The translations under genes and the position numbers were made by a program. The notes beneath the pieces were generated by a model. It had not been told where the DNA came from. It saw nothing but the letters and a program-made list of their open reading frames with translations, and made no database searches. A DNA stretch of 64,000 nucleotides from positions 176,561,574 to 176,625,573 of the forward strand of contig NC_085841.1 in assembly GCF_035594765.1 (NCBI RefSeq), in the 5' to 3' direction. Shown piece by piece: positions 49,760-61,913 of this stretch (positions within the stretch are counted from its first letter, which is position 1; each line of letters opens with the position of its first letter). This DNA comes from Anolis carolinensis. Lineage: Eukaryota.

Positions 49760-50482
49760 TGCAATGAAGTATGAATTTTTGGTTTACAGATGTTATGTTT
49801 AATTGTGTGTTCGTGTTTTAAAAGGATAAGTATTACAGTTATTACATCTCAGTACTCAGAGGCTGGTTGCCATGGAGAAGTAGGCGGAGCCAACTGCCAT
49901 TGTGTTGAAGAAGTGCAGAGTTTTAAAAAAAGGGATTCAGTCTGTGCTCTGATGAGGCACAGGGAAGATTGATCCTAGGTTGAGGGGATCAAGGAGACTC
50001 AATTGTTCATTTTGAGTTGGTTTAAAATAAGTTTGGTGACTTATTTAATGTAGCCTGTGTCCTGGTAAGGAACAGAGAATCTGTGATCGTATATCACAGG
50101 GGTGACTGCGGTTTAAAAGTAGCAGAGGAAGAAGTTCTAACTACTTTAAGTAAAAGAAGTGACACCTTAGGGAGTTTGACTCACCTCATTCTAGTATTGT
50201 AACTGTTAATAAAAGTGCCTCTAAGTGAGAAACAACATTGTAACCACTAAGCTCTGTGCCTGAATAAACTTGTTATTGTTCCTCCAACATCTAAGCCTCT
50301 GTCGCATATATTATAAACCAAGTTGTGTTACCATCTAAAGTGAATAAGAAGAAGAAGGGAAAAAAAGTAAAAGGTCTCCTCTCTGAGTTTTTGGTGGTTG
50401 CATCTTCACAAATTACTGGCAGCGGTGGGATAAAAAGTTTCCCCCTGCCTGAAAGAACCTTAGTCGTTCATAGTCCTTTACA
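49760..50482 (+). mobile_element. Solo LTR (family B, copy 1)
   Basis: TG...TTACA termini, TSD tggag/gggag, AATAAA near 50262; highly similar to 53058-53839. Confidence 0.8.
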
Positions 50483-50795
50483 GGGAGATACAAATTGCAT
50501 TGTATCTATAGAAAGACAGGGAAAGGAATATAAATGAGGTGAAAGAATTGATAATGTGGTCTAAAAGGGAGGGGTAAAACAGCAAGGAAAGAAATCTGCA
50601 TCAATTAGAGATGCAGTGTGAAGGCAATGACAAGAGGAAGAGTACCCAAAATGGCAGTGAGCACAGAGAATTTCTAGTACTGAACTATGAATAATGCAAG
50701 CCAGTTTGTGTGTGTTAATTTTTTTTAAAACTTTTCCATGAATATACACAGTAAAACTTGAAGAGGTTTATGCTACTGCTTTTTAAAAAGGATTA

Positions 50796-51401
50796 CAGTT
50801 GAACCTCTACTAAAGAGCATCGCAATTTTGAGAGCATTTTGAGTTAAGAGCTAGCACCAGTGGGAGCGCTAGCACTAGAGGAAACATTGGCAGGAGAATA
50901 CAGGGCTTTTGAGCTTCAAGGGAGCAGCCTCCGTGCCTCATAATCTTGTCCGCTTTGGGAGACTGCTGTCCCCTTTGCTCTTGTCTGCCTTGAGGAACTT
51001 TGGATTAGTTGATTATGTGGGGTTTTTATTCCTGGTAGAGGGAGAGGGACCAAGAGAGGGAGGAAGGCTGGAATGAGTATAGTAAGAAGAAAATGATGCT
51101 TCTTCCTTTTCACTTTGTGCTTCCTTGTCACAACTTTGTGCTTCTACCATTTTAAAGTTGATCTTTCTTCTTTATTGTTCCATGTGAATGTGCATTTATA
51201 CATTATTTGTTATTTATAAAGTACATTTTCTTCTTTAAAAACATGTAACAAAAATAATTGGGGAGACAAGGTTGGGGGGGGCAGAATGGATTAATAGTAT
51301 TTCAATGCACTTCAATGGGAAAATTTGCTTTGAGATAAGTCTGTTCTGAATTAAGACCTTGGACACACAACAAATTAAAATCTTAAGTCAAGTTATCACT
51401 G
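50796..51401. mobile_element. Tigger-like non-autonomous element
   Basis: TA-flanked cagttgaacctc / agttatcactg; related to 3375-3585. Confidence 0.6.
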
Positions 51402-52861
51402 TAGTTTAATTGTTCTGGAAGTGCTTTTTACAGTTGAGGACCGAAGTACTATATAAACATTTGCAAAAATTCATATGCTTTGATCAGACTGATAAACTAA
51501 ATTAACTCAGAAAAAGAATTGAGACTCCTAAAGGCATTTAAGTACAGAACCTTCATTTTAAACTTCATGGAATTTCTTTCACATATCAAATTATTTCAAG
51601 AGATAAAGTATGTATATTTTCTATAAGCCATTTTTTAATTTTACCTGATGCAGAAAATGCAATAAGGAAACAAGATGCTTTTGAGCAAAGATGAATATGT
51701 TGCAGGAATAATAATTATTGTTATTATGAGTTAATGTTTATTTAAACTTTCAAACTAATGGAGGCATAAGTAGTTGCAATATCTTCTTTTCCTCTTTTTA
51801 TTTTTAGCACTGTAATTTGAAAAGCCCATTCACAGGAAAACGTATTCAGAATAACACAGCATTAAAAAACTGATTTAAGATGAATCAGTACATGCTAATT
51901 TAGTATATGTCAAGATCTTGACACAATTCATTTAGGGAAGTTGCAGACAGCTCCAAGCCAAGATGGGGAAAGCACCTTTGATAACCTACTGGTATGTTTC
52001 CTTTAAGAAATGTTAACCAAAGTGATGCTAGCACTCCCGTTGGAATAAATATATTTACTAAATGTTACAAAATTAAGCATTGGAGAAACAACCAAAGTTG
52101 TTCCCCAAAGGTACAGTCACTAATTTCAGAATGAAGAAACAGTTGGCAGATGGAAGATGTGCTGGAGCAGAATTTCCACAAGAGGGAGTCAAAACACCCA
52201 TTTCAAGCAAAGTATTTTTTTATGGAGCTGAACTAGTTCATTCACAAAATTTCTGCAGGACTTTCTAAGCTTAACTGTAACAGCAATATTCCAAATTCAA
52301 AGAACTGCCTAATCAACTATTTTCTTAATCTTAAAATTTACCTCCATGGTATAGTATTGCTCTTTCCTGCTTCCCCCAATTCTACCGGGATGGTGCTAGT
52401 GCAAGTTATATTTGTTTACACACAAAGAAAATACTGTTTCAGCATCTTGTACATTATATTTTTTCTGTATATGCTTGGAAATAAACCCTTCTTCCTTCAT
52501 CAACCGGATAACTGTAGATTCACCTCCTCCTCCCCAAAAAATCTGTCTATAAAATAACTCCATCTACATTATCTAACATTTTGGACAAGTAACAATTAAT
52601 ATCTACCTCCTTAAGTAAATAATCAACCCAGATTTTCCCTTCTATATTGCTGTTGTGAACTCTCAGAATTAGGAGTATTAAAAGGTTGACTGAATGAGAA
52701 ACACTTACAGCAAATATAAAAATGAAATATGTAAGACAATGGAACAGATAGGAATGCACAAATACAAAGGCAGTAAGATAATACCTTTACCAACATGTGT
52801 GTTTACAACGTGGGATGTATACGGTTTGTTTACAGATCTCTTTCTTCCAGCTGGATGTATT

Positions 52862-52866
<5 letters not shown>

Positions 52867-52918
<52 letters not shown>
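52867..52918. repeat. (TA)n microsatellite
   Basis: About 26 TA units. Confidence 0.95.
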
Positions 52919-52921
<3 letters not shown>

Positions 52922-52955
52922 CCAGATGGAGGTACAGGCATGAACCCCACTTTTA

Positions 52956-53889
52956 GGACTCTTCTACACTGCCACATAACCCAGATTATCAAATCAGATA
53001 ATCCACATTATTTACTTTGAAGTGGATTATGAGTCCACACTGCCATATAATCCAGTCTAATGAAGTATGAATTTTTAGTTTACAGATGTTATGTTTAATT
53101 GTGTGTTTGTGTTTTAAAAGGGTCAGTATTTCAGTTATTGCATCTCTGCACTCAGAGGTTGGTTGCCTTGGAGAAGTGGGCGGAGTCAACTGCTGTTTTG
53201 GTGAAGTGCAGAGTTTTAAAAAAGCAGTTAGTCTATGCTCTGATGAGGCACAGGGAAGACTGATCCCAGGTTGAGAGGATCAGGGAGGCTCAACTGCTTA
53301 TTTTTGAGCCGGATTAAAATAAGTTTGGTGACTTATTTTATGTAGTCTGTGTCCTAGTAAGGAACAGAGAACCTGTGACTGTATATCACAGGGTGTCTGC
53401 GGTTTAAAAGCAGTAGAGAAAGAAGTTCTAATTACTTTAAGCATAAGTAGTGACACTTTAGGAAGTTTGAATTCTCATTCTAATATTGCAACTGTTAACA
53501 AAAGTGCCTCTAAGTGACGAACAATTTTGTAACCACTAAGCTCTGTGCCTGAATAAACTTGTTATTGTTCCTCTAACATCTAAGCCTCTGTCATATATAT
53601 ATTATAAACTGAGTTGTGTTACCAAGTTGTGAATAAGAAAGAAGAAAGAAAAACAAAATTTATAAGGTCTCCTCTCTGAGTCTGTGGTGTCTGAATCTTT
53701 CCCAAAGTGGTGGCAGCGTTATAAAACCTTTACAATTTGGTGGCAGCGTTTAATAAACCCTTTACATTTGGTGGCAGAGGTGGGATTTAAAAGGATTCCC
53801 CCTGCCTGAAAGAGCCTTAGACGTTCATAGCTCTTTACACAGTCCAAATCAGATAATCTGGATTTTCTTTGGCAGTGTAGAAGGGGCCT
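52956..53889. mobile_element. Harbinger-like MITE interrupted by a solo LTR
   Basis: cttctacactgcc...atccagtc | insert | cagtccaaatcagataatctgg...ggcagtgtagaaggggcc. Confidence 0.75.
53058..53839 (+). mobile_element. Solo LTR (family B, copy 2)
   Basis: TSD CAGTC on both sides; ends ctttaca; the 5' TG appears lost. Confidence 0.8.
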
Positions 53890-54760
53890 AAATTCCAACT
53901 AGAGTAGATCTACTGAATCAACTAGACTCCCACAAGGGATGCTTTGCAAAGTTACCACTGAGTTAATGAATCTAGTTGGGATAAACAAAAGGATTCAGGT
54001 CACAGTTTTTCATCCAGTCTGGAGTCAGATTTGCAATGAGAGCAGAAAACTAAGGCAGAATTAAGATTTCTGCCTTTTGAAAAACATTTAATTTGCAAAG
54101 TTTTAAGATTTTGCTTATATGACATTAAAAATGGAACAGAAATGTAATATACCAGTGTTTGCTAACCCCAGCCATGTAAGCTTTCAACATGATGTGCTAA
54201 TAAATCTGCAACCGTTGCAGGGGTATAGTTTCATTAAAAACATCAAGGGCTAGTTTTTTGTATATACCCACCAAAAACTAGCCCTTGATGTTTTTAATGA
54301 TACAATCTTCCACTAGCACAACTTTCCTGCACACCAGAACGATTCCTCCATGGATTAAGTCCCTTCTTCTTAAAGTGATGTCTATCCGGATAGTGTTAGT
54401 GCAAGTTGTAGTTGCATATGTACAAAGCAATTACTCTTCAGCACCTTGTACATTGCCTTTCCTGTCCAGTAGTTACTGAACATTAAGTGGCTGTTCATGC
54501 TGCTCATGAGCAACAGTGTGCTTTCAAGACTGCTACAACATATAGGGATGAGATTGGGGGAAAGGTAATGTTTAACGGAGAAGTAGAGCCCCATTTTCCT
54601 CCTAAGAAATTCCTATGTAAGGGGAGTAAGACAGTTTCCCACATAGAATGTAAGAAGCAAAAGCAAACACAAATTTAGTGAACTTTACAAAAAGTATTAA
54701 TCGATTTCACAATAACTGGTACAAATAATTATGGCATTAAGCAGGAAAAGGTTACTTTAC

Positions 54761-54895
54761 CATCCTGAAAGACTCTCTCCACATTCAGTCCATAAGTAGC
54801 ACAGGTTTCATAGTAGGTGCATCTCTTCAAATCATTTGACAGTTTTCGTGCTCTACCGTCATCAATTACACGAGGATTACTGGAACTTATAGCAT
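54761..54895 (-). CDS. AGAP1: AGAP1 coding exon (GTPase-like domain), 135 bp
   Basis: aatag|AT...GATG|gtaaag; translates (D)[44 protein letters not shown]; phase 1-1 fits both neighbours. Confidence 0.95.
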
Positions 54896-55544
54896 CTATT
54901 CAGAAAAAAAAAGAAAACGCTTAAACATGAGATTGCTTATTATTCTTTTTATTTTTCTGGGGCCCTTTTGAGTAAACAGTGGCATATTATCAAGCCAAAT
55001 AAATAACTAAATAAAATGCTATGATTTCATATTGTTTTTAAAGTATTATCTGCTTTCCCATTTATAAACAGCCAAAGAAACTTGGCAATCCAAATCCCTA
55101 CCAAAAAGAGAGAGAGATCTATATGAGATGGAGAGAATAAGAAAGAGCAATCTCATTTCATAGTCCATTACAGTACAAATGTTTGGAAAATTCAAAGGAG
55201 AGCGCTTCCCAGGAGACGGCCCTCTGAGTAGGCCGAGTGGCTCATCCTGCAAAGAGACACTGGGTTCCAAGCCAGGGAAACAGAGAAGTTAAAGCAAACA
55301 GAGTCATATAAAGCAAGCTCTTGCTGCTATGTTTTCCAACAGTGTCTTCAGCAACACCATTCCTTAAATGCCTGGTACTGTGGAGAAAACTCTGGACGCT
55401 TCTGGCATCTAAAGAATGCAACCATGTTTGCTGATAAAGTCATTAGGATAGGGGAAAAAAAACAATCATTCTCTACAGCATAAAAATGGTATAATATCCA
55501 CCAAACATAGCAGATCTTCAAGATATCAGGTAATTGGGGTATAT

Positions 55545-55990
55545 CAAGGGCCGGCTTTACAACAACGGGTTAATCACCAGCTGCAGCTGCAGTAAATCTT
55601 GCCTGCCAACCAAAAGGTTGGCAATTCAAAGCTGGGTCAGGGTGAGCTCCTGACCTTCAGCCCAGCTCCCCACCCACATAGCAGATCAAAAATAGCAATG
55701 TGAGTAGATAAATAGGAACCGTATTAAAGCGGGGAGGTATTTCAGGCATGACATTTCAACTAGAAAAAGGAGGAAAAGTTTACGAACAAAAGAATGCTCT
55801 TCAGCAAGGAGATGGCACAACAGCACGATGCCGAAAAGATAGGGAAAAGCCTATATAATATCTCTATCTGTTGTCTTATCACTGTATATTCAGCATGGAA
55901 TGTTTGCCGTATATGTGTTCTATGATCCGACCTGAGTCCCCTTCCGGGTGAGAAGGGTTGAATATAAATACTGTAAATAAATAAATAAAT
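55545..55990 (+). mobile_element. tRNA-derived SINE with L2-type tail
   Basis: Degenerate tRNA-like head and tail cctgagtccccttccgggtgagaaggg...(taaa)n. Confidence 0.6.
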
Positions 55991-56402
55991 ATATCCTAGC
56001 CAATCCACACTCTTTTAACTAAGATCACACTAAATGCAGGTCTCTTCCATGAGGCCTCACAAGTGAAATGTAAGGTCATGATATGGTGCTAAAAAAATGC
56101 AAACATGTAGAATGAAAAAAGCTTTTATTAAGTATTTCACTTATAATTTTGAGCATTTAACATTTTAGTTCATATTGGACAAATGGCAGCACATGACCTA
56201 CATGTGGTCCTTGGTGGCCCTTCTGTATGTTGTTTCACCATCTCTAACAATACTAGAAGCAGCTGACAAAACCAATATCAAACAGCAAAAAGTACTAGAA
56301 AATATCTTAACATAAAGTGTGGCATTGCATGTAGAAAAGTAAAGTTCTATGCAACAGGTACATTAAAATAAGCAACAGCCACTATAAGTTGAAAAAGAGC
56401 TA

Positions 56403-56706
56403 CAGTACAGTCTCACTTATCCAACATAAACGGGCCGGCAGAATGTTGGATAAGCGAATATGTTGGATAATAAGGAGAGATTAAGGAAAAGCCTATTAAA
56501 CATCAAATTAGGTTATGATTTTACAAATTAAGCACCAAAACATCATGTTATACAACAAATTTGACAGAAAAAGTAGTAATGCTATGTGTAGTAATCACTG
56601 TATTTACTAATTTAGCACCAAAATATCACGACATATTGACTACAAAAATGCATTGGATAATCCAGAACGTTGGATAAGTGAATGTTGGATAAGTGAGACT
56701 CTACTG
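56403..56706 (+). mobile_element. Tc1/Mariner MITE
   Basis: Same TIR family, TA TSD. Confidence 0.9.
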
Positions 56707-58671
56707 TAGTTAAATAATTACATATAATGGGAATGATAGCAACAAGGGCAAATTTTATGCATGAAGCTAGCAATGGGCAGACCATAACTGTAAACATGAA
56801 CAAGATGTTGCTGGGACAGGATTTCTAGACATGCTTTCTAGCATTCTTGGCTACTGGCTGTACTTTCCCATTGCCACTAGTACCCATATTCTTCCATCCC
56901 TCTCACCAAAACGGCAGCAGTTGCAACCGTTCACTTCCTTTTGTCTTGGGATCCTCCCATGACATCCATGATCACCGAGTGTTCTCCTTTGTTTTTCTCT
57001 ATAGCCCCTATGGCCATCCTTTCTGTGTCATTCCCAGATGACAGATATAATTGAGGACTTCTGAGTGCAGAGGCAAGTGTTCCCCTGGGAAAAGCTCCGT
57101 GAGCCACCTCTTTATGTCCACATGCTATTCTGACCTACTAATGATGAGATCAGGAAGTGAGGTAGATGATAATAAACTTTGCAGATTTCCTTCTTTTTCT
57201 TTACTACTTCGTAACATTCATTTTTACTGGGCCACTAGTCTTCCTCTTCTCTTTCTGGTTCCTCCCCTTTTAGATTAGCACACCCTGAATAGTCACAGCT
57301 CCCTCAAAAACCATTCTTGCACCTTTAAAAAGCTGTCCATACTACGTTCAGAGGAAGAGAGTACCACGGTACCCCTTCAATCCTTTAAAAGAAACAAGAA
57401 AGCAACCCGTGAAGGGCTTAATAAAGTGGATCAGTTTAAGACCTTGACAATCATTTCAATTAGCCTTTAAGGGAAGGAGTGACCTCTTCCGAACTGCAAA
57501 ATTATTTTAATACTTTATCATCACTTGAAACAAAACTATTTAGTGCAAAATTATGGTTAAATGCATGAGATTCGGCTATGTTTTACCCATCTGATCCAAA
57601 TGCAACTTATTGTTTTTATTATTGCTGTTGTTATTATTATTACTATATGCTAACAGGTTCTTAACAAAGTACAATTATAAAAAGAAAGATTTTACATGGG
57701 TCTAAATGATTTTATCCTACCCTCAGTCCTTCCAATTCAACTAGGAAACTGAACTCAGTTTCGGTTTCACAGAATTCTCCTGTCTACCTTTTAAGCTTGA
57801 ACGTAAGCCCTTTGGAGAATAAGATTATCTCAGGAGGTGCATTCAAAAACAGAAGCCCATCTGCCAGTGTCATAGAGTATATGTTTATCACCTGGAATGC
57901 TTCTGCTTCCTCAGATAATCCCTCTGCCGGACCTTATTCATATATCAAATCCACAATTTAGGGCAGGCAAAGAAGCCTGCAACAAAAATATTCTATCTCA
58001 ATTTCCATATTAGCGAAGAAGCTTTCTTATTTTATTGCAATATCCCACCTTGACTCCAACACAATGTAGAAACTAACTATAAAATATATAAGAATGACAC
58101 AGAATTGACACTCTTATTTCATTTTTATTCTATCTCTCTCCCAAAACTGGGATTCAAGGCAACTTACAAAGATTAAAATCAATACCAATAAAAAGCACAG
58201 GCAAAACATCAGTAAAAAGTAAATATTAAAATTCAATGAGTTATTATTAAAATGATATTGAACTCTAGAGTTTTTAAAAATATATCTTCTTAGAATTTGT
58301 AGTATTTTTAATATTTTAAGTACTTTGTGTAAGGCAATAGTGATGAAGAATTAGATGTAATAACTATAATTTTGTATACCCTCCTCAACCCTCCAACTCC
58401 TCAACCCTCTTCCCTGGTGACATACTAGACATTTAATCCTAGAGTTAATCTACTAACAATAACTCTACTATCTCATTCTCCCTCTTTTTCTTTTTTAACC
58501 AACTTCTCCATTTTCCTCTTTTCTGAAAAAAAAATTAGATTAAAACATATTAATAAGGAAAATATTTTTTCTTGGAACATTGTTATTGGAATTCTTCTGC
58601 ATCCTGACTATATGTAAAAGGGAGATCTGTAAATATCTATCTTTACTCAAGAAAAAATGGAGTAACCTACT

Positions 58672-59158
58672 GCCTCATCACACTAGAGCATGAATCCACT
58701 TTAAATGCAGTTTTTGCCTCCTGCAGAATTCTGGGGTTTGTAGTTTGGTGAAGCCCAGGACCTGTCTGGCTAAGCTGTTTAAAGCCTTCCCTCCCTAAAG
58801 TGGTTTTAAAGTAGATTTAAAGTGGATTTATGCTCGGCTGCTCACTGGAGGGAAGGATATTAGAGGCAAAGTTGAAGTTTTTTGGCCACATCATGAGAAA
58901 ACAGGAAAACTTGGAAAAGATCATGATCCTCGGGAAAATGGAAGGAAAAAGGAAGAGAGGCCGACCAAGGGCAAGATGGATGGATGGTATCCTTGAAGTG
59001 ACTGGCTTGACCTTGAAGGAACTGGGGGCAGCGACGGCCGACAGGGAGCTCTGGCGTGAACTGGTCCATGAGGTCACGAAGAGTTGGAAATGACTATGCG
59101 ACTGAGCAGCAGCAAAGTGGATTTAAAGTGGATCCAAGCTCTACTATGATGAGGTCCC
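58672..59158. mobile_element. Harbinger-like MITE hosting a BovB fragment
   Basis: Ends cctcatcacactagagc / gctctactatgatgagg. Confidence 0.55.
58831..59113 (+). mobile_element. RTE-BovB LINE 3' fragment
   Basis: SLEGRILEAKLKFFGHIMRK...LGKMEGKRKRGRPRARWMDGI...WRELVHEVTKS; (GCA)n tail; 12-bp TSD AAAGTGGATTTA. Confidence 0.9.
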
Positions 59159-59289
59159 TAATCAAACCAAGTGAAGGAAACCTCTAAACTAAGGTCCATC
59201 AAGTTTCTCCATCCAGTCTGTATCTTTCCAACCTGTTATCTCTCATTAGCGATAAAATGAAATTTAAAGCTACAGGGTTAACATTTAAA

Positions 59290-59435
59290 TGTGTGTGCAT
59301 GGGTCTTCAAGCTTCCAGTCACATAGAGTTTTTCAAGGCAAGTAATACTGAGAAGTGATATCCCATCATCTTCTCTTGGTAGTCCTACCCTGCTTAGCTT
59401 CCAGAATCAGACAGTATCTGGTGTCTTCAGGGTAC
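59290..59435 (-). mobile_element. 5S rRNA-derived SINE fragment
   Basis: ccctgcttagcttcc..atcagac is the reverse complement of the 5S rRNA internal promoter region; related body fragments lie near 11680-11760 and 35615-35710. Confidence 0.55.
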
Positions 59436-59692
59436 TTTGGACCAACTTTTAAATAGCCTTACTGAAAACTAACCTAACACTCTGTTGAGGCAGAAAAAAA
59501 AATAAATGTGTTGTTTTGCAGACAGTCCACTTTTCCAACACTGGTGAAAATATGTCTAAACTGGTAAGAATTATACCTGGCTCTGCCCACTCTGTCCATG
59601 GCACCACTTATTGCTGGAATATCCCAAACAAACTTCCCAATTAAATTAAGTGATTTCCAAGAAATACCATATGCACAGGAGACTTCACTTAC

Positions 59693-59834
59693 CCTGAGTT
59701 CCCACTAGTACCATTGGGATTTCATTAGTGTTACGATAGTTTGCCATACGGCTATAGTAGTGGTAAACAGTCTGGAAGCTAATTTCATCCTCGAGACTGA
59801 AGACAAATATAACAGCATCCACCCACATGGCAAA
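59693..59834 (-). CDS. AGAP1: AGAP1 coding exon (GTPase-like domain; probably equivalent to human exon 5), 142 bp
   Basis: Reverse strand reads ...ctgcag|TTTGCC...CAGG|gtaagt and translates [47 protein letters not shown], recognisable as the AGAP1/centaurin-gamma2 GLD; ends in phase 1. Confidence 0.95.
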
Positions 59835-60689
59835 CTGCAGGGCAGAAAAGGAGATAAACACTCAATGAGATTTTTACATAACAGATACTCTTGAGATCAA
59901 GCAGCAACCATCAAATCATTGGAACTAAGACCTAAACTGACATTAGGTTATAAATGGGACATTTGGCAGTAAATTTGTTCCTATATAAGAATTATATGAA
60001 TATTAGTGTAAGACAAGAGCAGTGGTTAAACTCTGAATTTCCAGAAGTGTCAACGCAAAACATTTTTTTTATTAATTGTTTATAGCAGCTAGCCATTCTT
60101 TGATTGCAGCACATATTAGTCCACTGCAAAACAAATATTTACAAAATGATAGTTAACCACATCAGAGAACACTGTTTGGAAAGTTGTTCTATGTTCAAAC
60201 AGCCCATAAAAAGATTGCTTATTTACCCCTTTATCATTGTAGATACCAGAGCAGGGTAAAAGAGAATAATCAGTATTTCAATAAATCATCATTAAAAAAA
60301 ACCATATATGGAATGGTAAAACAATAGACAGATCATATAAGCTACAGTAATTCAAATGCAATATAAGTCAAATGGAATCATCACTTGCCTTTACCAAAAG
60401 ACAACACTATGGGAGTTTTGTGGCACCTCCAAACAGGGTGAAGAATGGGGACCAGAAATACTCTGCTTGTAATGCCAGAGATCTAAAAAAGAGACTGCTT
60501 TGTCACTGTACCACTCTGTTCCTCTTTGGTGCTGTAAGGAATTCTATTCTACTATGTGGCACAATGCATTATTATTTTGAAAACTCCTAGTTTCATTGTG
60601 AAACTGCTTTTACAAGGCAGAATCTACCGATTGGGTTTTTATTCTCCTTTTAATCAGTTTTCATGTGTGTATTTATTATTATTATTATT

Positions 60690-60957
60690 GGAGCCCTCAG
60701 ATGGTGTAGTGGACTAAGTGACTTGAAGGTTGGGTTGCTGACCTGAAAGCTGCCAGGTTTGAATCCCACCCGGGGAGAGTGCGGATGAGCTCCCTCTATC
60801 AGCTCCAGCTCCAGCTCCATGTGGGGACATGAGAGAAGCCTCCCACAAGGATGGTAAAAACATCAAAACATTCGGACGTCCCCTGGGCAACGTCCTTGCA
60901 GACGGCCAATTCTCTCACTCCAGAAGCGACTCAAGTTGCTCCTGACACGAAAAAAAA
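60690..60957 (+). mobile_element. Sauria SINE
   Basis: tRNA-like head, body catgagagaagcctcccacaaggatgg, tail ctcctgacacgaaaaaaa. Confidence 0.85.
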
Positions 60958-61820
60958 GTGTGTTTTATCGACTTGGTTTCATGTTTAGTTAAGATAAATT
61001 GTCATTTTAGTTATATGAATTTAATTTATTATGTATTTGTATTTTCACTTTGTATTGTATGGCATTGAATTGTTGCCATTTATGTTGTAAGCCAACCTGA
61101 GTCCCCACGGGGAGATGGGACGGGGTATAAACAAAGTTGACTTGACAGTCTGTTTGGACTTAAATACTCTGAAAGGACTAGATCCTGCCACATTTTGGAA
61201 TATAAGTAGGACCCACTCTGGTGCATACTTGAATGGCAGATTTGTTCTCAAGGCTGTATTTTTAGAGGAGGTAATGAACTGGCAAAATCTGTGAACTGGC
61301 AAAATCCGATGAAATTCATGGGGCCACCATACGGTAGCATGTAACTTGAAGATGTGCTCTGTGTTAAGGCAGTAGCCTTTTGAACTTGACTCAGAAATGA
61401 AATGGTAGGCAGCGACATTCTTTAGGAACTGGCAAGATGTGATTCAGCTGGCAGAAAGTCCACAGCATTGTGAACCACTTCAGCTGAGTGGTGGAAGCAG
61501 CAGAAAAAAAGCATAAAGGCAGCAGGTGGAGAAAATGGAAGCTATGAAGATGAGAAGGAGGGCAATGACTAGGTGCTCAGCAGCATGTTGCTCCTAGTGC
61601 ACAGCAGTGACTGCATTGATGAAGACCACAATTTCCTCCTCTGCTTCTCATGGGCTGTGCGCAAGGCAGGAGCAGTTTGCTGCCTCCACCCCACTTGGTT
61701 CAGTGCTCGTTCAATGGCTCTCCTCCCCTCTCACCACAATCACAGACTGAGTAGAACCTGGAGCATCCTCTCACAAAATCTTAGAGTCTTAAACATCCAG
61801 AGCAACCTCAAAACTATAGA

Positions 61821-61913
61821 TCCTCTGAAGATGCCAGTCACAGATACAGGTGAAATGTCAGGAGAAAATGTTACAAGAACAGGGCCATACAGCCCGGAAA
61901 CCACACAACACCC
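61821..61913 (+). mobile_element. Penelope terminal fragment with decayed hammerhead motif
   Basis: tcct-CTGAAGA-...-GAAA-TGTC-agga followed by ggccatacagcccggaaa..caaca, homologous to 48749-48843. Confidence 0.75.

Noticed and set aside
53700-53790. 30-bp periodic repeat as a CRISPR-like array
   Set aside because: Eukaryotic context, only three units, near-identical spacers; better explained as LTR-end/PBS duplications.
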